This document shows positions 60,601-64,000 of a stretch of DNA of 64,000 bases, piece after piece (position 1 is the stretch's first letter; each line of letters starts with the position of its first letter). The notes under the pieces were generated by a model that was given only the letters and a program-made list of their open reading frames with translations, had not been told where the DNA came from and did no database searches. The DNA is taken from contig JAVKOQ020000084.1 of NCBI GenBank assembly GCA_031835245.2, positions 1 to 64,000 on the forward strand. Direction: 5' to 3'. This DNA comes from Balamuthia mandrillaris. Lineage: Eukaryota. A program made the position numbers and the translations under genes.

Positions 60601-63600
60601 ACTGATCCGTACGCATTCTCTCTCTCTCTCGTTCTTTTCTTAATAGTGGTTCTGCTGTCTTTCAAATTAGGATACGATCGCGACATGTTGAAGAGTATCA
60701 TAACGGACGAGGAAACCGAGGACATTCCAGTAAGAGAGCTGTTGGTCACTGCCAATATTTGTCGCTCGATCATGGAGTTGGCCCAAAAGCACATCAACTT
60801 CGGGACTGTGACGCTATCTTCACATACAAAATCGAAGTCGTTGGTCGTCAACAATTTGTCGGAAGTTCCACTTCTTTACCGGGTGAAAAAATCTGGTTCC
60901 ATTGCTTCTATGGCCATGGAAATCGCCAAAGAGGATCGTGTGGGCATTATACGACCCTATAGGTATGTTCATTCCCTTTGCCCTCTTCTCTCTTTGTTCA
61001 TGTTATGTTATCCTCTTGTCCTCATTCTCTTCTATGCGCTCTTCTCTTCTTTTGTTGTTTTTTCCTTTCGAAAAATATTCAAACAAAAAAAAAAAAAACA
61101 CAGGCGCAGAGAAATGCGGTTTCAATTCAAGCCAACGTTGAGTGGACCCTTCTCCGAAAAGCTGATCATAGAGAACATATATGACCCAACAAACACCCAA
61201 ATCATCAGCGTTAAGGCTTTCGTAAAGCCAAAGCAAATCTTTTTCATCCAAAGCCTCGATATGGACTTTGCAATCTGTGCCCTTCGTCAAAAATCAAAGA
61301 AGCAGAAAATCGTTTTTTCCAACGTGACGAACCAAAAACGAATCTTTGAAATACGCCGAGATGAAAATGCAATGTAAGTTGATGCTTGTAATCTCACATT
61401 CTCATTTTCCTCATTCTCGTTTTTCTCCTCTTCTTTGTCTTTCTTCTGGATATAATCATAGGCCTGAAAGTTGCGATTACGATGTGTACTTCCGTCCTGA
61501 GCGCAAAGACATCATTATCCTTACCAAAGATGAAGAAGTGGAGATAGCAGGCCTGCAACAAAAAGTCAAGATCGGCAAAAGAAAGTCCAAAGACGTATCA
61601 AAGCTAGAACAAAAGATTAGGGACATTCGGAGTGGTTTGTTACGGAAAAAAGGAGGAGTCTCCCCGGCAAGCTCTTCTGCTGCTGATCACCCTTCTGCTA
61701 CTTCTCCGTCTGGCGAAGGAGCAGCGAACATACCCTTTGAAAAGAACTTGCTTCAATTCACGGTGGAACCGAACGGCGTTGTGTCTATAATTGCCATTCT
61801 TCGCCCCAAACCTAAAAGAAGAGAGAAACCATCAACAACAGATGGCGATGTTAACAAGCCCTCATCCACCAAAGAAAAAGAAGTGGAGGTCATCTCTGGG
61901 AAGTTTTTTGTGAACGAGACGAAAAACGTGGACGCTATCAAAGCGATAACGTGGAAGGCAACGTTGTGCAGAAATGAGACGGCCTACGCGCGATTAACCT
62001 TGCAAAGAAAGAAGGAAGAGGAGGTTGCTGCCAAAAAGGCTGTACTGACCAGCGTCAGCGCCATCGAAGACGATGTCATTATCAGCAAAACGGACCTCAA
62101 CAAACGGCGCTCCTCCGTTCTACCATCTATTCTTGAAGAATCGCAACGACAACCGGCAGAGAATGACGCAATGTCAAGCATCGATTCAGAAGGGCTTCAA
62201 ACTTACCTTGCTTCGCTCTCTGGAAGAACCACTAGCAGCGAAGACACTCCTTCTTCTACTGTTGAGACCGTTTCAAACGACAAAAACAAAACCAACGAAG
62301 GAGAGGCCTTCACTGCAAAACCAACCATTGTTGCAAAAGAAGGAGTGGAAGGAGAGATTGACGAAGGCTTTCTTACTCCTCCGAATTCTCCATTCAACTC
62401 GGATGTGGATGAGAATGATGATGATGAAGAAAAGGAAGAACAAGGGCTGGGGCTGCGTGCTGTGCTAGCAAGTGCCTCCGGTAGAGCTTCGCCTGCGCCG
62501 AGCACCTTGCTGGAGACTTTCGAGCACGAGATACGCGAACAAATGCGGCTCAGAGAAAGCGTGAGTGTTGTTGTCTTTGTGTGTTTTTTGTTCTTGGTGG
62601 TATCTGTAAGTTTATCTTGTTCTGGTTTTAACTTTATTCTCGCGTTCAGTACAAGTTGACACTGGAACCATCCACAATCGAACTGGGCAAGGTGCAAGTG
62701 GGCGAAAAAGTTTTTTCAGAGTTTTACATCAAGAACGAAGCTCCCGAGCCTATCAGCTTCGATATACTCTACATCGCTCCCCACAAAGCCTCACAACAAT
62801 CATCCAGCCCAGGTCGCTCACGCTCCAGAAGTGGCACCAATAAGAAACAATTGTCTCCATCTCATCAATCACACCAACCCCAACAACAGCAGCACCAACA
62901 ACAAACCCAGCCCGTTTCCTCTGAAGCACCAACCCCTCCTTTTATGTCACCTCCTTCTTCGGGCTACACCACTCCTTCCTTTGCTTCTTCTGCTGGAGGC
63001 AAAGAAGTTGGCGATGAGTCATCCACATTAATGCAGTTTGACCAGTACCAAGGCACAATTGCTCCAAATGGCGGCGTGCGTCGCATCGGCTTTAGCATGC
63101 TTTGCTTGCCGCCCATTCACGCTCAGAGTCATCGAGTGGTGGTGAGGAACCTCAGTACGCTCGCGGAGAGTACCCTTACCGTGGAGCTCACTCCCATCCA
63201 ACCCCGTTTCCTACGGTTCCCAAGCTTGGAAGTGGATGAGCAAACGGGGGCCTCCTTCCTTGATCTTGGCTTTTGTTATGTGACAGAGGATGCGCCGCTT
63301 GCCTCGGAGAAAGAAGCCTATGCTAAAGTGTGCTCCATTCCTATCGAAAACGTGTCAGAGGTACATTGCCGTTACTTCTCACGATTCTTCATCATTTTTT
63401 GTTCTTCTAATCATTGTTTTTCGTTTTCGCACAATTCACATTCCATAAAAATTACTTCTCTCTAGAAAAACCTGGTGCTCTCGTTAACGACCAACATCTC
63501 GGCACAAGCTGTACTTTTCCAGGACGAAGCGCTGCAGCAATCAGGAGACTTCGTCTACCTACCCTCCAAAGAGCAACGCACCGTCTACATCTGCATCCTT

Positions 63601-64000
63601 CCCAATCGTAGTCGCTTTGGCAAGTCCTACAAACAAGGAGTCTGTCGTGACCTCATCGGTGGCATTCGTATCAAAGTGCACGACCAAGCCACAATGGATG
63701 CAAGCATGCTGGCAAGAATGTCTCCTCCTTCCTCCGCTTTTAGTTCTGCGCTCCTCGCCCCTGTTCCCATGCGTGCGCCGCCTTCTTTCATGCTTCCTGG
63801 TTCTTCTTCCTCCTCTGCTACCCCAACTCCTTCCTCGTCACCGCCACCACCAACAACAGATCACGCGGAACTTGCCGCCTCGCTTCGTTCTCCTTCTCCC
63901 ACTCCCACCATTTCCTCCCCACTTGTTGAAGCAGTGCCACAGCCGCGTTATCTCTATGAGAGGACAATTAAGTTTATGGGAGTCATTGGCCAAAGCGTGT
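56350..64000 (+). CDS. Very large uncharacterised protein with many tandem Ig-like (ASH/PapD-like) domains; multi-exon, truncated by the window end
   Basis: Recurrent units such as LDIGTV...FTVINLS, IAFDHC...FTIRNFS, LNFGDV...LTIRNVS, INLGDC...VEVHNIS, LNFDNV...FVIKNVT, INFGTV...LVVNNLS, IELGKV...FYIKNEA and LDLGFC...IPIENVS, matching the xFG...xxIxN ASH/PapD-like pattern. Confidence 0.7.

Overview
Eukaryotic, gene-dense, intron-rich genomic DNA (GT-AG introns of roughly 70-240 nt, many carrying sense-strand (CT)n microsatellites). Gene content and intron style suggest a free-living amoebozoan (Acanthamoeba/Balamuthia-like), which is an inference. Positions 1-7.9 kb are an accessory, decaying region: a SirB1/FBXO21-like transglutaminase-fold gene with an in-frame stop, a long inverted repeat, a Crinkler-like REase+kinase gene, a multiply frameshifted zinc-finger/Nudix pseudogene and a ~1 kb block with no CpG. 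The remainder holds a PH-GRAM-myotubularin, a receptor tyrosine-kinase-like gene with a bacterial-looking ectodomain, an ARM+METTL21-like methyltransferase, TFIIH p62 (with a +1 frameshift), a low-complexity protein, an intronless Pho80-like cyclin, an SDR, Rab1, ERMARD-like, a PhnY-like dioxygenase, TXNDC9, a UBR1/2-like E3, a mitochondrial citrate carrier, a DUSP, a kelch/BC-box protein and a very large multi-Ig-like protein that runs off the window. The most notable observation is a tandem pair of retroposons (an internally deleted LINE derivative and a tRNA-derived SINE) at 30945-32331. They share a structured ~135-nt 3' tail and are each bounded by the same target sequence AAAA(T)CCTCCGA. 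All calls were made by eye; exon boundaries are manual and no database searches were run.
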